A stretch of DNA of 64,000 nucleotides from Eledone cirrhosa. Taxonomy: Eukaryota. The stretch's first letter is position 1. Each line of letters opens with the position of its first letter. The stretch covers positions 35,402,001-35,466,000 of the forward strand of contig OZ024756.1 of the NCBI GenBank assembly GCA_964016885.1, read 5' to 3'. Below are positions 31,178 through 47,403 of the stretch, one piece after another. The notes under the pieces were generated by a model. It searched no databases. It had not been told where the DNA came from and was given only the letters and a program-made list of their open reading frames with translations. The position numbers and the translations under genes are program-made.

Positions 31178-31590
31178 TGGATTGGCAGAATCGGTAGAGC
31201 GTTAGACACCATGCTTTTAAGCATAGAGTTACGGCCCTTTACGGTCTCAGTTCAAATCCCGCTGAGATTAACTTTGCCTTTCATCTCTATGGAGTCGATA
31301 AAATTAAGTACCAGTAATACACTGAGATAATTGTTGGCCTTGATCCAAAAGTAGAAACAATTATAAGCAAATGGGGGGGGAGGTGAATTGGGTGTATCGG
31401 TGGAGGATCGGACAATATGCTTCGTGGCATAGAGTTACGGCCCTTTACGTCCTGAGTTCAAATCCCGCTGAGGTTAGCTTTGCCTTTCATCCTCACGGAG
31501 TCGATAAAATAAAGTGATGCACTGGGGTCGATTTAATCGACTTTCCCTTCCCTTAAATTGATGGTCTTGTGCCTATAATAAAAAATCCTT
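31178..31590 (+). mobile_element. two tandem SINEs inserted into the GC-rich repeat
   Basis: Full head tggcagaatcggtagagcg (A box) and gttcaaatcc (B box); the host repeat continues on both sides. Confidence 0.85.
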
Positions 31591-32288
31591 ATTATGAGCA
31601 AATGGTGACCCACGCGCTGGCCGCCCCGGGGCCCCGGCGGTCAGAAGAAAGAAAGCATTTCCCCGGAGTATGGCGAGGGAGACGCGCTGGAAGAGCCATT
31701 CCGGATCGTGAGGCTCCCACCTGCGGGGTAGCCAACTCTATGCCGATGGTGGTGAGTAGGTAGTTGGCCCTAGGGCCAAGGACAGCAGAAATCTCCTGGC
31801 AAAGATTTTTGCCTATAATTTCTTTATCTAATTTATTCTTTCAACTGATCAAGCAGGCTTCAATAGATTATATTACACTGATGAGGATTAGTAGACAGAA
31901 ACATACCCATAGTAGCCTTTGATCTGCAAACAATCTTTTTTAAAAATTCGTCTAAGCATTTCAATTAACTTATATAAATACTAAATTAGTGATAATACTA
32001 ACACAGCATGATTCAGAATAAAGGTGTAGATGGGGGTCATATACAGTGTGCTTATGTACAACAGACATGCGTATAATACCATTGTGAGTATTCTGAGCTG
32101 TGATCATGACACAGTTACCCCAGTATCGGGGTAACAGTGGTGGATGCATGTATTTCAAACTCGTTACTCTTCGTCAACGTTCGATCACTTACACCTAGAT
32201 GCTGAGATATAAAAGACAATACCGTCTTATATCGCCAGCTTTGCATTACCTGTGAATACACCTTCACCAAGAATAGTTTCTATACAAA

Positions 32289-32358
<70 letters not shown>

Positions 32359-32398
32359 TTGTCTATCTATCTATTTGTCTATCTATCTATCCATCTAT

Positions 32399-32685
32399 TG
32401 AATGTGGCAAAGATGGCCCGAGTGGTTGGGCCTTCTCTCTATATAAGCATGTAGGTTGAGGAAAAAGAGGAAGAGAGGAAGGGAGTACTCACTCTTGGTG
32501 CTCCTGGAGATGAGGGTTGTACATTTTTTCAGGGTGCGTACAACCCCTGTGTAACGCCTCCCCCCTATTGGGGATTTCAATTGTTATTTGTTATTGTATT
32601 AATAGTTTTATTTTCATATACCTGTATGTAAACTCCCCATTTGTATTTGTCCCCTTCTTTTGTGCCCTTGTGGCTAATAAAGAAA
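32399..32685 (+). mobile_element. L1/Tx1-like LINE 3' end, copy 3
   Basis: Homologous to 6087-6378; (TCTA)n on both sides. Confidence 0.85.
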
Positions 32686-32772
32686 TTTATCTATCTATCC
32701 ATCTATCTGATGTATACATGTATATAAATACATATATATATATTTATGAGTGCATGCATGTATTATATATAT

Positions 32773-32813
<41 letters not shown>

Positions 32814-32941
32814 TATATATAATATAATATAATATAATATAATATAATATAATATTAATACAACGAAAATTACTGCGTACAGTGCCCAGGTGCACTACAA
32901 TATATGGATACAAGCATACACAAACACATTTACTCACATAC

Positions 32942-32985
<44 letters not shown>

Positions 32986-33390
32986 ACACACATATACGCA
33001 CACAACACATGCACATGTATATATCTTCTTGTATGTAATTACATCTTACATCTTGTAAAGCAGGAATTAAAGCTGATTCTGCCTGAGAAACCAATTCTAC
33101 ACTCTGCAGTAGAGTTTACAAGTGATGGACCGGTGGTGAAACATTGTAAATGGTGTTAAAATAATTAAATAACTCTTCTATATTTGCTACATAAATCTCG
33201 GCAACACTGGCGAGAACAGGCCAGCGTGCTGATCATTGACACACAGAAAATGAATATGTTAAGGTGTCTGGCTTAGTGGTTAGGGCGTTTGACATTTGAC
33301 TCGCAATTGCAACATCGTTTGTTTGATTCCCGCGTCTCTCCAGTCCACTGAGCTGAAGAAATAACAAACACGAATTACATCTGTATTACT

Positions 33391-33730
33391 CTGTAAAGTG
33401 GTAGTGCTGGTGCCGTGATAAAACGTACCCAGTATATTCTGTAAAAGGAAGTGTTGGTGCCGTGATAAAATGCACCGAGTATATTCTGTAAAAGGTAGTG
33501 CTGGTGCCGTGATAAAATGCACCCAGTACATCATGTAAAGTGGTAGTGCTGGTGCCGTGATAAAATGTACCCAGTACATCCTATAAAGTGGTAGTGCTGG
33601 TACCGTGATAAAATGTACCCAGTACACCCTGTAAAGTGGTAGTGCTGGTGCCGTGATAAAATGTACTCACTACATCCTGTAAAGTGGTAGTGCTGGTGCC
33701 GTGATAAAATGCACCCAGTACATCCTGTAA
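33391..33730. repeat. 47-48-bp tandem repeat, 7 units
   Basis: ctgtaaagtggtagtgctggtgccgtgataaaatgcacccagtaca.. starting at 33391, 33439, 33486, 33533, 33581, 33629 and 33677. Confidence 0.9.
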
Positions 33731-34250
33731 TTCAAAGAACCTGGTGTGTCACACGCCACGTTACGCTCAATCTCCCAAGGAATTATGCCAAGGCTACACG
33801 TGTTTGTGGAATGTTCAGACACTTGCATGTTAATTCCACTAGAAGGCTGTTCTTTCGTTCGAATAACTGGAACACTCATCGTCGCAACTGACGGAAGTCC
33901 AACATATATCAACACATGCATTAATGAATATAGCGGAAAACGAAACTAATTTGAAAGCAGAAGACAGCATTACCGAATGGGTAAGAATTTAGCTTTGTAA
34001 TCACAGGGTTCTGGGTTCCATCCCACTGCGTGTTATTTTGGTTAAATGTAAAAGCCTCGGGTCGACACAAACCTTGTGAGTGAAATAGAGACGACGGAGA
34101 CTGTGTGGAAGCCCGTTGAACTTCGGTGTCTGTAATTCCGCCAGAGATTCACGTTACGAGAACTCATGACTGCGAAATACTGAGACACTTACTTACACGT
34201 TAATTCAAAGGTGCAGTCTTGTCACATATTGTGTCACAGTGAATCTCCCT
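33730..34250 (+). mobile_element. fragments of other SINE families
   Basis: tRNA-like head gggttctgggttccatcccactgcg (also ~26360-26465); 3' block ..cagacacttgcatgttaatt.. recurs at ~34130-34210 and 52830-52965. Confidence 0.6.
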
Positions 34251-34735
34251 GTGTGACTGTGTGATAGGAAGTGTGTGACTGTGATTGAGAGTGTGTGTCT
34301 GTGTCTTTGTGTGTGTGTGTGTGACTGTGTGCTAGGGAGTGTGTGTGTGTCTTTGTGTGTGTGACTGTGATTGAGAATGTGTGTCTGTGTCCTTGTGTGT
34401 GTGTGTGACTGTGTGCTAGGGAGTGTGTGTGTGTCTTTGTGTGTGTGACTGTGATTGAGAGTGTGTGTCTGTGTCTTTGTGTGTGTGTGTGACTGTGTGC
34501 TAGGGAGTGTGTGTGACTGTGTGTCTTTGTGTGTGTGACTGTGATTGAGAGTGTGTCTGTGTCTTTGTGTGTGTGTGACTGTGTGATAGGGTGTGTGTGT
34601 GTGTGAATTGAGAGTGTGTCTGTGTCTTTGTGTGTGTGTGACTGTGTGATAGGGTGTGTGTGTGTGTGAATTGAGAGTGTACGTGTGTCTTTGTGTGTGT
34701 GACTGTTTGATTGAGAGTGCGTGTGGGTGTGTCTT
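34250..34735. repeat. (TG)n-derived higher-order minisatellite
   Basis: Recurring gtgactgtgattgaga and gtgactgtgtgctaggg modules. Confidence 0.8.
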
Positions 34736-35502
34736 AAAGTCAGTGCGTAGCAATGTTTTTGTGTGTGCGACTGTGTCTGTCTATGTGTAGTTGTGTGTAT
34801 GTCTGTGTTTGTGTGAGTTTGTTTTTGCAAATTGCTAGCTCTTTTGAATTGTGTGTGTGTCTGTCTGTGTCTGTGTGTGTGTCTGTGTCTGTGTCTGTGG
34901 ATGTGTTTCTGTGTGTGTGTCTGTGTGTGTGTGTCTGTGTGTGTGTCTGTGTGTCTGTGTGTGTCTGTGTCTGTGTGTCTGTGTCTGTGTGTCTGTGTGT
35001 CTGTGTCTGTGTGTGTACATGTGGAAGTATGCATGTTAATGTGGAAGTACATGGGAAGGTTTGAATAAGCGTGTGCGTGTGTGTGTGTGTGTGTGAGTAT
35101 GAGCGTGTGCGTGCGTGTATGTGTATGTGCGTGTGTGCGTGTGTATGTGCGTGTGTGAGTATATATATGTGTGTGTGTGTGTGTGTGCATGTCTGAGTGC
35201 GTCTGTGCGTGCATGTTTGTGTGTTTGTGTGCATGTGCTATGGCGGCGGTGGAGGGGAGAGTTATAAAATGATAGATATGATATAGAGAAGAAGGAGGTG
35301 GTGGAGTAGAGAGGAAAGAAGAGAAGAAGGCGGAGAAGGAGGTGTATTATTTAGTATGGTGGGAGGAAGGGGAGAGGAGAGAGAGGAGAGCCATTAAAGA
35401 AGGTCTTATATAAATTTTAGCACGAAAGAACCATTTTATAACCACTAGAAATGTATGTGTGTATACATGTAAAGTTGATATATATATATATATATGTATA
35501 TG

Positions 35503-35533
<31 letters not shown>

Positions 35534-35581
35534 ATATATATGTATGTATTTGTACATATATATATATATACATATATAAAA

Positions 35582-35623
<42 letters not shown>

Positions 35624-35687
35624 TTGTACATATATATATATACATATATATATACATATATATATATATGCATACATATATATACAT

Positions 35688-35735
<48 letters not shown>

Positions 35736-35831
35736 ATATATATATTAATATATATAAATTTAAAATAGAAATGGCTTCTACAGCACTACATATATATATA
35801 TATATATGTAGTGCTGTAGTTCTATATTTTC

Positions 35832-35882
<51 letters not shown>

Positions 35883-36131
35883 CGTGATTGTGTGTGTGTA
35901 TTTATGTGTGTATGTAGGTATTGAATGTGCGCTTCTATATATGCATATGTGTGAGTGCGTGTGTGCCTATCAGTCTGAACATGTGTGTGTCAGTTGCTAG
36001 GAATACCCCCGTTTAATTTTAAAATACACATATTTATTGGGATAGTCTTATATACACACATATATGCATATATATGCATATATATGCATATATATGCATA
36101 TATATATATATGCATATATATATATATATGC

Positions 36132-36164
<33 letters not shown>

Positions 36165-36213
36165 CATATATACACACACACACACTATATATATATATAT
36201 GTATATGTATATA

Positions 36214-36244
<31 letters not shown>

Positions 36245-36249
36245 TATGT

Positions 36250-36304
36250 GAAAAAGTTTAACCCCGACGGCAGAGCTCAAGCCGTTTCGACGGCTATTTC
36301 TGGA
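36250..36304 (-). mobile_element. PLE end family A, single arm
   Basis: gaaaaagtttaaccccgacggcagagctcaagccgtttcgacggctatttctgga in (TA)n. Confidence 0.75.
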
Positions 36305-36681
36305 TATATATATATATATATACTGGATATATATATATATATATTCTGGATATATATATATATATATACTCAGACATGCACACACACACACACATATATA
36401 TATATATCAAAATCCTCTGCAACACATGTACACTTTCATACACACACATATATATATTTACATACATATACATATATATATATATATATTTACATACACA
36501 CACACATATATATATATATATACATACATATACATATATACATACATATGCATATATATATTTACATGGAGCATCAGATAGACATGAACATACACAATAG
36601 GCAGTAATTAAACGGCCCCAACAGTTTGTATATATATATCTGAATAAGTTTATCTAAATGTGTGTATATACACACACATAT

Positions 36682-36717
<36 letters not shown>

Positions 36718-36808
36718 GTGTGTGTGTATGTATGTATGTGTATACATATGTGTGTCTTTTTGTATATATATGTATATGTGCGTGTAAATATACAAATATG
36801 TGCGTGAG

Positions 36809-36839
<31 letters not shown>

Positions 36840-36962
36840 GTGTGTGTCTGTATATATATATGTGAGTGTGTGTCTGTATATATATGTGTGTGTATGTGTA
36901 TATATATATGTGTGTGTGACTGTGTGTATGTATATATATGTGTGTGGTGCGTGTGTGTGTAA

Positions 36963-37011
<49 letters not shown>

Positions 37012-37570
37012 GGTCTGTGCGTTTGCTTGCATTAGTGTGTGTGTATGTAAATGTCAATATATTTATGTTGCTTGTGTGTATATTTATATATATATTTATG
37101 TGTGTGTAAGTGTATATATTATTATGTCTGCACATATTTATGCATATATAGACGTGCACACATATGCAGACATGCGCGCGTGCACACGTGCAGCTGCACC
37201 TGTAGACTCGTGTACATGCAGGCGCACACATACACACATACATGCATATATACACCAGCACATTTGTGCACACCCACAGGCAGACGTACACGCAAACACG
37301 CACACATACATACTGGCAGACACGCACACACACATGCACACATGCTCGTACACATGGAGACACGCACATATACTTTCAGTCGCACATACGTGTGCACACA
37401 TACACACATACATGTACATACACATGTAGACAGAGACACTCATACACACACACACGCGCTTACAATCAGAGACGTACATGCAGACACACACACATGCACA
37501 AACACACACACGCATGCACAAACACACAGACACACAAACAGGTACACACACACAAACACGCACATGCACA

Positions 37571-37604
<34 letters not shown>

Positions 37605-37725
37605 GCACGCACATGCATACAAACACACACACACACACACGCAATCACGCACACATGCACGCACACACACACACATACATTCATACACACACACACACAC
37701 ACACACGCAGATGCAGACAAACACA

Positions 37726-37765
<40 letters not shown>

Positions 37766-38210
37766 CACACACAGACAAACACATACACACATACACACAC
37801 ACAACACTTCACGGAACTGCACAGCTTCAAAGGGGTCTGTTTTTGTGCGCGTCTGTCACGTGATGTGAGCGCGTGACGTATACAGCAATATCGCTGTGAC
37901 GCGATCGATCTTTGATCAGATTCAGAAATGAATCGCGATGGAGTAACAAGGTGAATCGAGTGGATAGGGTTTCGATACCAGCGGAGGCTTTACACCGTTA
38001 TATCATTCACTCTAATACTCAATCTATCTCACCTTTTCACCTGTGAAATTGTGTAGGAGTACGGTTTACACTGATTAAAATATAATTTTATATACACGCA
38101 TATATACACACACCTACCTAAAATTATTATATACCTGTATATAAATACATTCATACACGCGCATATACACAATTTATATTATAAATACCTTTATATACAT
38201 ATATTCATCT

Positions 38211-38243
<33 letters not shown>

Positions 38244-38289
38244 CATAATTCATATTGTACATACATATATATATATACATATATTCATC

Positions 38290-38327
<38 letters not shown>

Positions 38328-38371
38328 CATAATTCATATTGTACATACATATATATACATAATTCATATTG

Positions 38372-38409
<38 letters not shown>

Positions 38410-38426
38410 TTCACATACATACATAA

Positions 38427-38467
<41 letters not shown>

Positions 38468-38853
38468 CATTCTTTGATACTTACATACTTTCAAAAATAC
38501 ATACATACATACACGCATATATATCTATACCCACACATACACATATATGAAATATATACTCCAGAAGTGGAGAATACTAATGATTCTATACATACACACA
38601 CACAAACACACGTATGCATCAATGTGATATAATTCAATATAATTTTTAAAGAAAAAGTATATACACACACATACACATATATATATAAACCCACATATAC
38701 TGTATATATATATATATATAAATAAGTAAATATACTTATTTCTATAAATTCTTACATACATATACACAAACGTACAAAGTGATATATATTATCAACAAGT
38801 GGCTTACACACATACACTTGAGCAAGCACATACATTCACAAACACACACACGA

Positions 38854-38923
<70 letters not shown>

Positions 38924-39413
38924 CTTCATACACATATATATACATAAATGCACACATATATATTTGTTTATATGGCATCATATTTCGGATGTTGATCTTC
39001 ATTGGAAGTTTCCAGGATATATATTATAGCAGTATAAAATATACACACATACTATATATATATATATATATATATATGTCTGTATGTATATATATATGTC
39101 TGTAAGTTGTTTGTAAAAGTGTTCTACCAGGAATATTAATGACCCCTCCACAAAGACCTCAAGAACTACGGATGTCAAAGGTAAGGCGCGCACATTCTAT
39201 ATATTGGATTCTTCATGTCACTACACTCACATACACATACCCATACACACACACACACACACACACATTCACTCACACATACACATTAACACAGACATAT
39301 TCTCACACACACCACACACACACACAGTGGCGTTTTCCTTACAAATTGCTGGTTTTATATTCGTTTTGGGGGTAGTTTTCCCCCCACCCCGTCTTTTTTC
39401 GTTACAACGATTG

Positions 39414-39481
<68 letters not shown>

Positions 39482-39588
39482 AATAAAATAAAATATAATA
39501 TATAATAGCTCTGGTTCATCTGAACCATTGAGCACTTTTGTTTTTCGTTATTTCGTGGGCCGAAATGCAAATCTCGATAATTTATGTT

Positions 39589-39622
<34 letters not shown>

Positions 39623-39625
<3 letters not shown>

Positions 39626-39789
39626 CGAAGGAAATGTGGTAAGGAACCAGGTGGACCATAACGCACCAAAGTACTCAATAGTTAGGGTAGTAGAGTGGGT
39701 AATAGGAACGAGTAGGACCCCGACGGCTTAGCTCAAGCCGTTTCGACGAAACGGCTTGAGCTCAGCCGTCGGGGTCCTACGCGTTCCTA
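39623..39789 (-). mobile_element. PLE end family A fold-back element
   Basis: Centre gtttcg-a-cgaaac; tail on the left. Confidence 0.85.
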
Positions 39790-40089
39790 TATAAATATAT
39801 ATATATATATTTATGTGTGTGTGTGTATATAACATAATATAAACAAACTCATATGTATAAACAAGTGCGTATTTATAACTTGCATCATTTATATACATAC
39901 GTGAATGTTGTTGTTATAGTTGTTGTTGTTGGTGTTGTTGTTGTTGTTGTTATAGTTGTTGTTGTTGTTGTTGGTGGTGGTGGTGTTGTTGGTGTTGTTG
40001 TCATCGTCGTTCTTTCGCTCCGGCTTACTCCCTGATCAAAGACGCTCCAGTAATGACCTTCCCGCCATTATTCAAGCATATTGTATATA

Positions 40090-40166
40090 CAAGGTGTCCC
40101 CACGAAATGTATACACACTTCAACAGCATCCTAATCAAAGTGTGTATACATTTTTGCGGAACACCC

Positions 40167-40168
<2 letters not shown>
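40090..40168. mobile_element. ~80-bp Tc1/mariner-type MITE, copy 2 (opposite orientation)
   Basis: Inverted ends; the internal spacer is the reverse complement of that in 15883-15962. Confidence 0.8.
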
Positions 40169-40240
<72 letters not shown>

Positions 40241-40355
40241 TACATATATATATACATATATATATACATATATATATACACACATATATATATATATATA
40301 TACATATATATATACACACATATATATATATATATATAGATATATATATATATAC

Positions 40356-40390
<35 letters not shown>

Positions 40391-40415
40391 CATATATATA
40401 TACATATATATATAC

Positions 40416-40446
<31 letters not shown>

Positions 40447-41331
40447 CATATATATATACATATATATATATACATACATATATACATATATATATATAAC
40501 AGCAATGTGTTCTGTGTTCTTTCTTACAAGTAAATTGAGGGAGATTTGGTTGGTATTTTTAGCAAATCATCCGACTACTTAGAGGCCACTTCGTTGGATC
40601 GTTTGTGCATCTGTTTCTATATATACCTGTGCAAATATTTACATTAGCACGTGTGCACATATCTGGGTGTATACAGGTGTATGGAGGTGATTACAGGTGT
40701 ATACAGGTGGATGGAGGTGATTACAGGTGTATACAGGTGTATAGATGGCAACACACGTGCGTGTTTATGTGTGTTTATGTATATATGAAGGGAGTCAGTT
40801 AGAATCCAGTGAGACGCTAGACATACATATACATACATATACATACATATACATACATATACATACATATACATACATATACATACATATACATACATAT
40901 ACATGCACACATACACACACACATACATACATACATATACATACATATACATACATATGCATACATACATATACATGCACACATACATACACACATACAC
41001 ACACACATACATACATACATATACATACATACATATATATACATACATACATATGCATACATACATATACATGCACACATACATACACACATACACACAC
41101 ACATACATACATATACATACATATACATACATATGCATACATACATATACATGCACACATACATACACACATACACACATACACACATACATACATACAT
41201 ATACATACACATGCATACATATGCATACATACATATACATGCACACATACATACACACATACATACACAGACACATACATACATATACATACATACATAT
41301 ATATACATGCATACATACACACATACACACA

Positions 41332-41363
<32 letters not shown>

Positions 41364-41450
41364 CATGCACACATACATACACACATACCCACACACATAC
41401 ATACATACATATACATACATACATATATATACATGCATACATACACACAC

Positions 41451-41485
<35 letters not shown>

Positions 41486-41642
41486 CGCACACACATATAT
41501 AAATGCAAGTGTGTATATATATATATGTGTGTACCTGTTGATTTAAGTAAATGAGAATGTGATACCTGTAAATACGCATGAACAACGAACGGTGAAGGTT
41601 TCCTACACACACACGCACGCACACACACACACACACGCACAC

Positions 41643-41717
<75 letters not shown>

Positions 41718-41829
41718 CACATATATAAGGGAGTGTGCGTGAGTGTGTATGTGATTGTGTACAACTGTGTATGAACGACCCACACACATACACATAAATA
41801 CATACATACACACACACACATACACATAA

Positions 41830-41878
<49 letters not shown>

Positions 41879-41934
41879 CACACACATACATATATATATA
41901 AATATATATATATCACATACACACATACACACTC

Positions 41935-41980
<46 letters not shown>

Positions 41981-42164
41981 GAGTGTGTATGTGTGTATGT
42001 GATCATGCACGCCTGTGTGTGTGTGTATGCTTTTCATTTTTTATTAAGTGCGCGGTATTTCCCTTCGGTATATATATCTTATAAATGGTATTACTTTCTC
42101 AGTATAATGCACGTATTCGTGTGTGTATATATATATATACATATATATATATGTATATATATAC

Positions 42165-42482
<318 letters not shown>

Positions 42483-42483
<1 letters not shown>

Positions 42484-42673
42484 GTTATTCCGGGTTGAAT
42501 CGGAGGTAACCACAGTAAGTAAGGTACTCAATACATTGCAGAGTATAAAAGTTTTAATATAGATGATATTCTACAGGACTAGAACTGTTTCATTCTTTAG
42601 AAATCATCAGGAATTCCTGATGATTTCTAAAGAATGAAACAGTTCTAGTCCTGTAGAATCTCATCTATATTAA

Positions 42674-42676
<3 letters not shown>
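42483..42676 (-). mobile_element. PLE end family B fold-back element (63-bp arms centred on gaattc 42611-42616) with a hammerhead core on both strands
   Basis: Plus strand ATTC-CTGATGA-tTTCT aa AGAAt-GAAACAG ttctagtc CTGT-A-GAAT. Confidence 0.85.
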
Positions 42677-42750
<74 letters not shown>

Positions 42751-42777
42751 CATATATATATATACATATATATATAC

Positions 42778-42812
<35 letters not shown>

Positions 42813-42821
42813 CATATATAC

Positions 42822-42868
<47 letters not shown>

Positions 42869-42900
42869 CATATATACATATATATATATATACATATATT

Positions 42901-43000
<100 letters not shown>

Positions 43001-43085
43001 TGAATATCTAGACTATACATGCATGCTTAGACATACACATACATTTGCATTGAGTATTGTTCCTTTTGTTTGCAAACTAAAACCT

Positions 43086-43125
<40 letters not shown>

Positions 43126-43404
43126 ACACACACACATACTCACATATATATATATTTATCAGATTAGAGGCGGTAAAAACCAGTTAGACCATTACTCACC
43201 AGAGTACTCGATACTTGGGGTAGCAGACTGGGTAATATGAAAAAATTCATGAATTTTTTCATATATATATATATATATATATACTTATTTATTTATATAT
43301 ATGTGTGTGTGTAAGCGTGTGTGTGTGTATTGAAAGCGGTTATGTGCGACGTTACTCGGACTTTCCCGTTCCCGACTCTCACATTTAAAAAAAAAAATTC
43401 TAAT

Positions 43405-44130
43405 TCCACATGGTCAATATCATGAACATAGATTTATTAAGGAACTCAGTAAATAACCACAATAGATAAATAACTTCTCAAACCACTCGCCTTCCATGAT
43501 TAATAATTCAGTGAAAAATATTCTGTTTTTCATCCGATTCATCCAATAGACTTTTATCACAATGAAGTGTTAAAAATATAGTAGCTTTTAATATAAATTA
43601 GTTATGTAGCTATCAATTCTGAAGCACGCAACAATAGAAAACTATAAGTTAGTTCAATTTCCCATTCAGTCTCAATGTAATTATATGTATTTCTTGGTAT
43701 TCCTTTTATTTATTAAGTAAACACCTTCCAAAGAAAGGAATAATGTTAATATTAGCTTCAGCTGTTCACAAAATTTCATAACAGAAAATTATAATAATTT
43801 AAAACAAGCTTCTACATCTAATATTTCCGGCTTATGTAACACTCTTAACTCCGTTAATTGTCTTTCAAATAATTCACATCTTTCGAAATCGATAGTGTAT
43901 TGTGTAAAAGTAATTGTAGCAGATAATTCAGTTTCCAAAGATTATATAGTGTTAACTAAAAATAAATTTAAAGGACGATTTAATAAGCATCTACATTCTT
44001 TCAGAAATCTGGAGAGAAATTTGGAAGCACGTTTATCAAAATACATTAGTTCTTTGATAAATAACAATCCCTAGAATGATAAAAATGCCTGGAATTTATT
44101 ATATACCAGAAACTTAAACTTATAAAGACA
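43405..44130 (+). pseudogene. decayed PLE ORF: RT thumb/linker plus GIY-YIG endonuclease
   Basis: SNHSPSMI; *FNFPFSLNV..LLSKHLPK; open frame 43730-44074 RNNVNISFSCSQN..CN..C..KSIVYCVKV..DYIVLTKNKFKGRFNKHLHSFRN..LSKYISSL. Not in the supplied ORF track. Confidence 0.8.
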
Positions 44131-44695
44131 TTTCTATTATCTTGTTTTATAAAGTATTCATCTTGTGCATACATTCAGGATTGATATATTTTTGTTGTCA
44201 CAAATTTTGGGTCACAATCATACACGCTCTAAAACTATTACAAAAATTTAAAAAAATCGTTCTTTTTTTGTAGTCATATATCAAAAAGACGAGCAAACAA
44301 ACAAGGGGAGAACTTTTTATAATAACATTCTGACTACATCAAATAGTTTTGTATTGTTAAAGAGTTTATTCAACGGATTTTATAGTTTATTCCATACATA
44401 AATATAAAACTGCTTAATTTAATACATTGGTTGCAAGATAAGAGGTGAAAATGAGAATCTAATAGTCAAGATCTATGGAATTTTAATTTAAAATGAAACT
44501 TACAACTTACAACTTCGTCCATGTTTATGTTAATTTTATTTATCTGGATTATTTATACACACGCACACTTACAAACACACATACATACATACATACATAT
44601 ATACATACATACATACATATGTACATCTATTACACATACACAAACATATGTATGTATACATATATTACACACACACACACACATATATATATATG

Positions 44696-44729
<34 letters not shown>

Positions 44730-45326
44730 TGTATACACGCTCATATCTATAATATATGTGTGTGTGCATATATATATCAACTTGTATGAGTATGTCTATA
44801 CGTTTGAGTATAATTGTAATACATAAGACAGGCATACATGTACACCACATACATAAACATAAACATACACACATATACGCGAATACATATATATGTATAC
44901 ACATATTAACTTGCGTGTTTTTAAACATTTATTCTTATACACATTTGTATAAGTTTGAATGAGTATACAAGCAGAGAAAGGCATGGTTCTGAACAAGTAT
45001 CTAAGGATGAATCCACATTTATAGCATTTTGGCCAATGTCTTTTACTATTGCTTACTATGTCTTACTGTTGGCTAACCCAACAGTTCTGAGAGAAATTCG
45101 GTTCATAAAGACTGTGGAAGTGTAGTAGGACGGGCCGTACCAGTAATTTAATGGTTCAGTCTTACACTACATTGCGTTAAGATGATTCTGCCCCACGATT
45201 ACTTCACGTGTTCACATGTCTGCGGAAATTCCAGCTATTAACACTATAATTCAATAGATATTGAGGTTCATTTGATATACATACATATATATATACGTAC
45301 ATACATACATACATATATATATGCAC

Positions 45327-45396
<70 letters not shown>

Positions 45397-45702
45397 TTTA
45401 TCATCTACCCTGTAGTTTTATTCCACTTATGAACTAACCATCTACAAAGCTTTCGTTACTTTAGACAGATATTTAACTAATATAGACATCTTGTCCCCCA
45501 TGGGACAGCTCAACGAACCCTAAATCATTCAGATCTGTTATAAAAGATGACAGTTGAATTATTTTTTAGGATCTTTCAAAATGGCGGATGGGAGAGATTT
45601 TCATTGGTCTGAGCTTTGGATTGTTTTGTTACGTAATTGTAAGGTAGCACGGCTAATGTTGAGAATTGCGTTCTTTTCTGTACGTATGGTGTTGTGTGTG
45701 TG

Positions 45703-45761
<59 letters not shown>

Positions 45762-45980
45762 GTGTGTCTGTGTGGATTATGGATTATGTTTATGGAGTAA
45801 TCTTAATATTTATAAATGAAGCCATGAATATGTATATATATATATATATTTCATAAATATATATATGTTTATTTATATGAATGTATACATAAATATATAT
45901 ATACATATGTATATATGTATATATTTATGTGTGTATGTATATATAAAAGTATCTATAATATATACATATACATATGTATA

Positions 45981-46071
<91 letters not shown>

Positions 46072-46303
46072 ATACAAGCTTATTTCATCAAGTACAATTC
46101 CTATAGGAAGATTTACACACACAACATATACACACGTGTGTATAGATATTTATAAATATACACACATACGTACATACAAGGGTATTTCAGTTTGTGCATA
46201 CACATAGACAAACACATAATGACATACATATAAACACACACACACTCACACACACACACAAGTACATACTCACAAATACACACATAAAAACACACACACA
46301 CAT

Positions 46304-46343
<40 letters not shown>

Positions 46344-46470
46344 TCTCTGTTCTCAGATGTTTTTTGGAGTTCTCAAATTGAAATCAATAAAATTCTAAAG
46401 TTACAATATGGTAGAATTTAAGTCTCAGACAACGTCACTACTTCCACTATACATACATATATATATATAC

Positions 46471-46505
<35 letters not shown>

Positions 46506-46900
46506 CATACATATACATAAATATATATATATATACATACAATCATACATACGTATATACATGCTATCATACATACATGCATACACATACACACATACAT
46601 ACATAGTTGCATACACATACCTGCATATATATATATATATACAATGATATTATATCGATTTGTATATGTATATACATATATACGTAATATATATATAGAT
46701 GCATACACATACAGGCATACATACAAAGAAACATAAAATCATATATATATATATATATATTCAATTAAATTATATCAACATATATACATATATATACTTG
46801 TAAGAAAACCTTTCAAATCGACTCATATCTGAAATTGGAAAAGTAGTACTATTTATCTATCACAATATATAACACACACACACACACGCGCGCGTGCCCT

Positions 46901-46932
<32 letters not shown>

Positions 46933-47017
46933 CACTCACACACACACTGACATTCACACACCCACACGCTTATATATATATATATGTGGTGCGTGTAAAT
47001 GTGTATAAGTAATTATG

Positions 47018-47070
<53 letters not shown>

Positions 47071-47116
47071 ATGTGTATTAGCATGTGTGTATATAAGCAT
47101 GTGTGTATATAAGTAC

Positions 47117-47151
<35 letters not shown>

Positions 47152-47154
<3 letters not shown>

Positions 47155-47354
47155 CGAAGGAAATGTGGTAAGGAACCAGATGGACCATAACGCACCAAAG
47201 TACTCAATACTTAAGGTAGTAGAGTGGGTAATAGGAACAAGTATGACCCCGACGGCAGAGCTCATGCCGTTTCGACGGCTAATTCTGGACTCAATTGGAG
47301 TCCAGAATTAGCCGTCGAAACGGCTTGAGCTCTGCCGTCGGGGTCACACTTGTT

Positions 47355-47358
<4 letters not shown>
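47152..47358 (-). mobile_element. PLE end family A fold-back element
   Basis: Arms of ~62 bp around ctggactc-aattg-gagtccag. Confidence 0.85.

Positions 47359-47403
<45 letters not shown>

Noticed and set aside
31180-31262. tRNA gene
   Set aside because: A/B boxes are present but there is no cloverleaf and the sequence continues into the SINE body.
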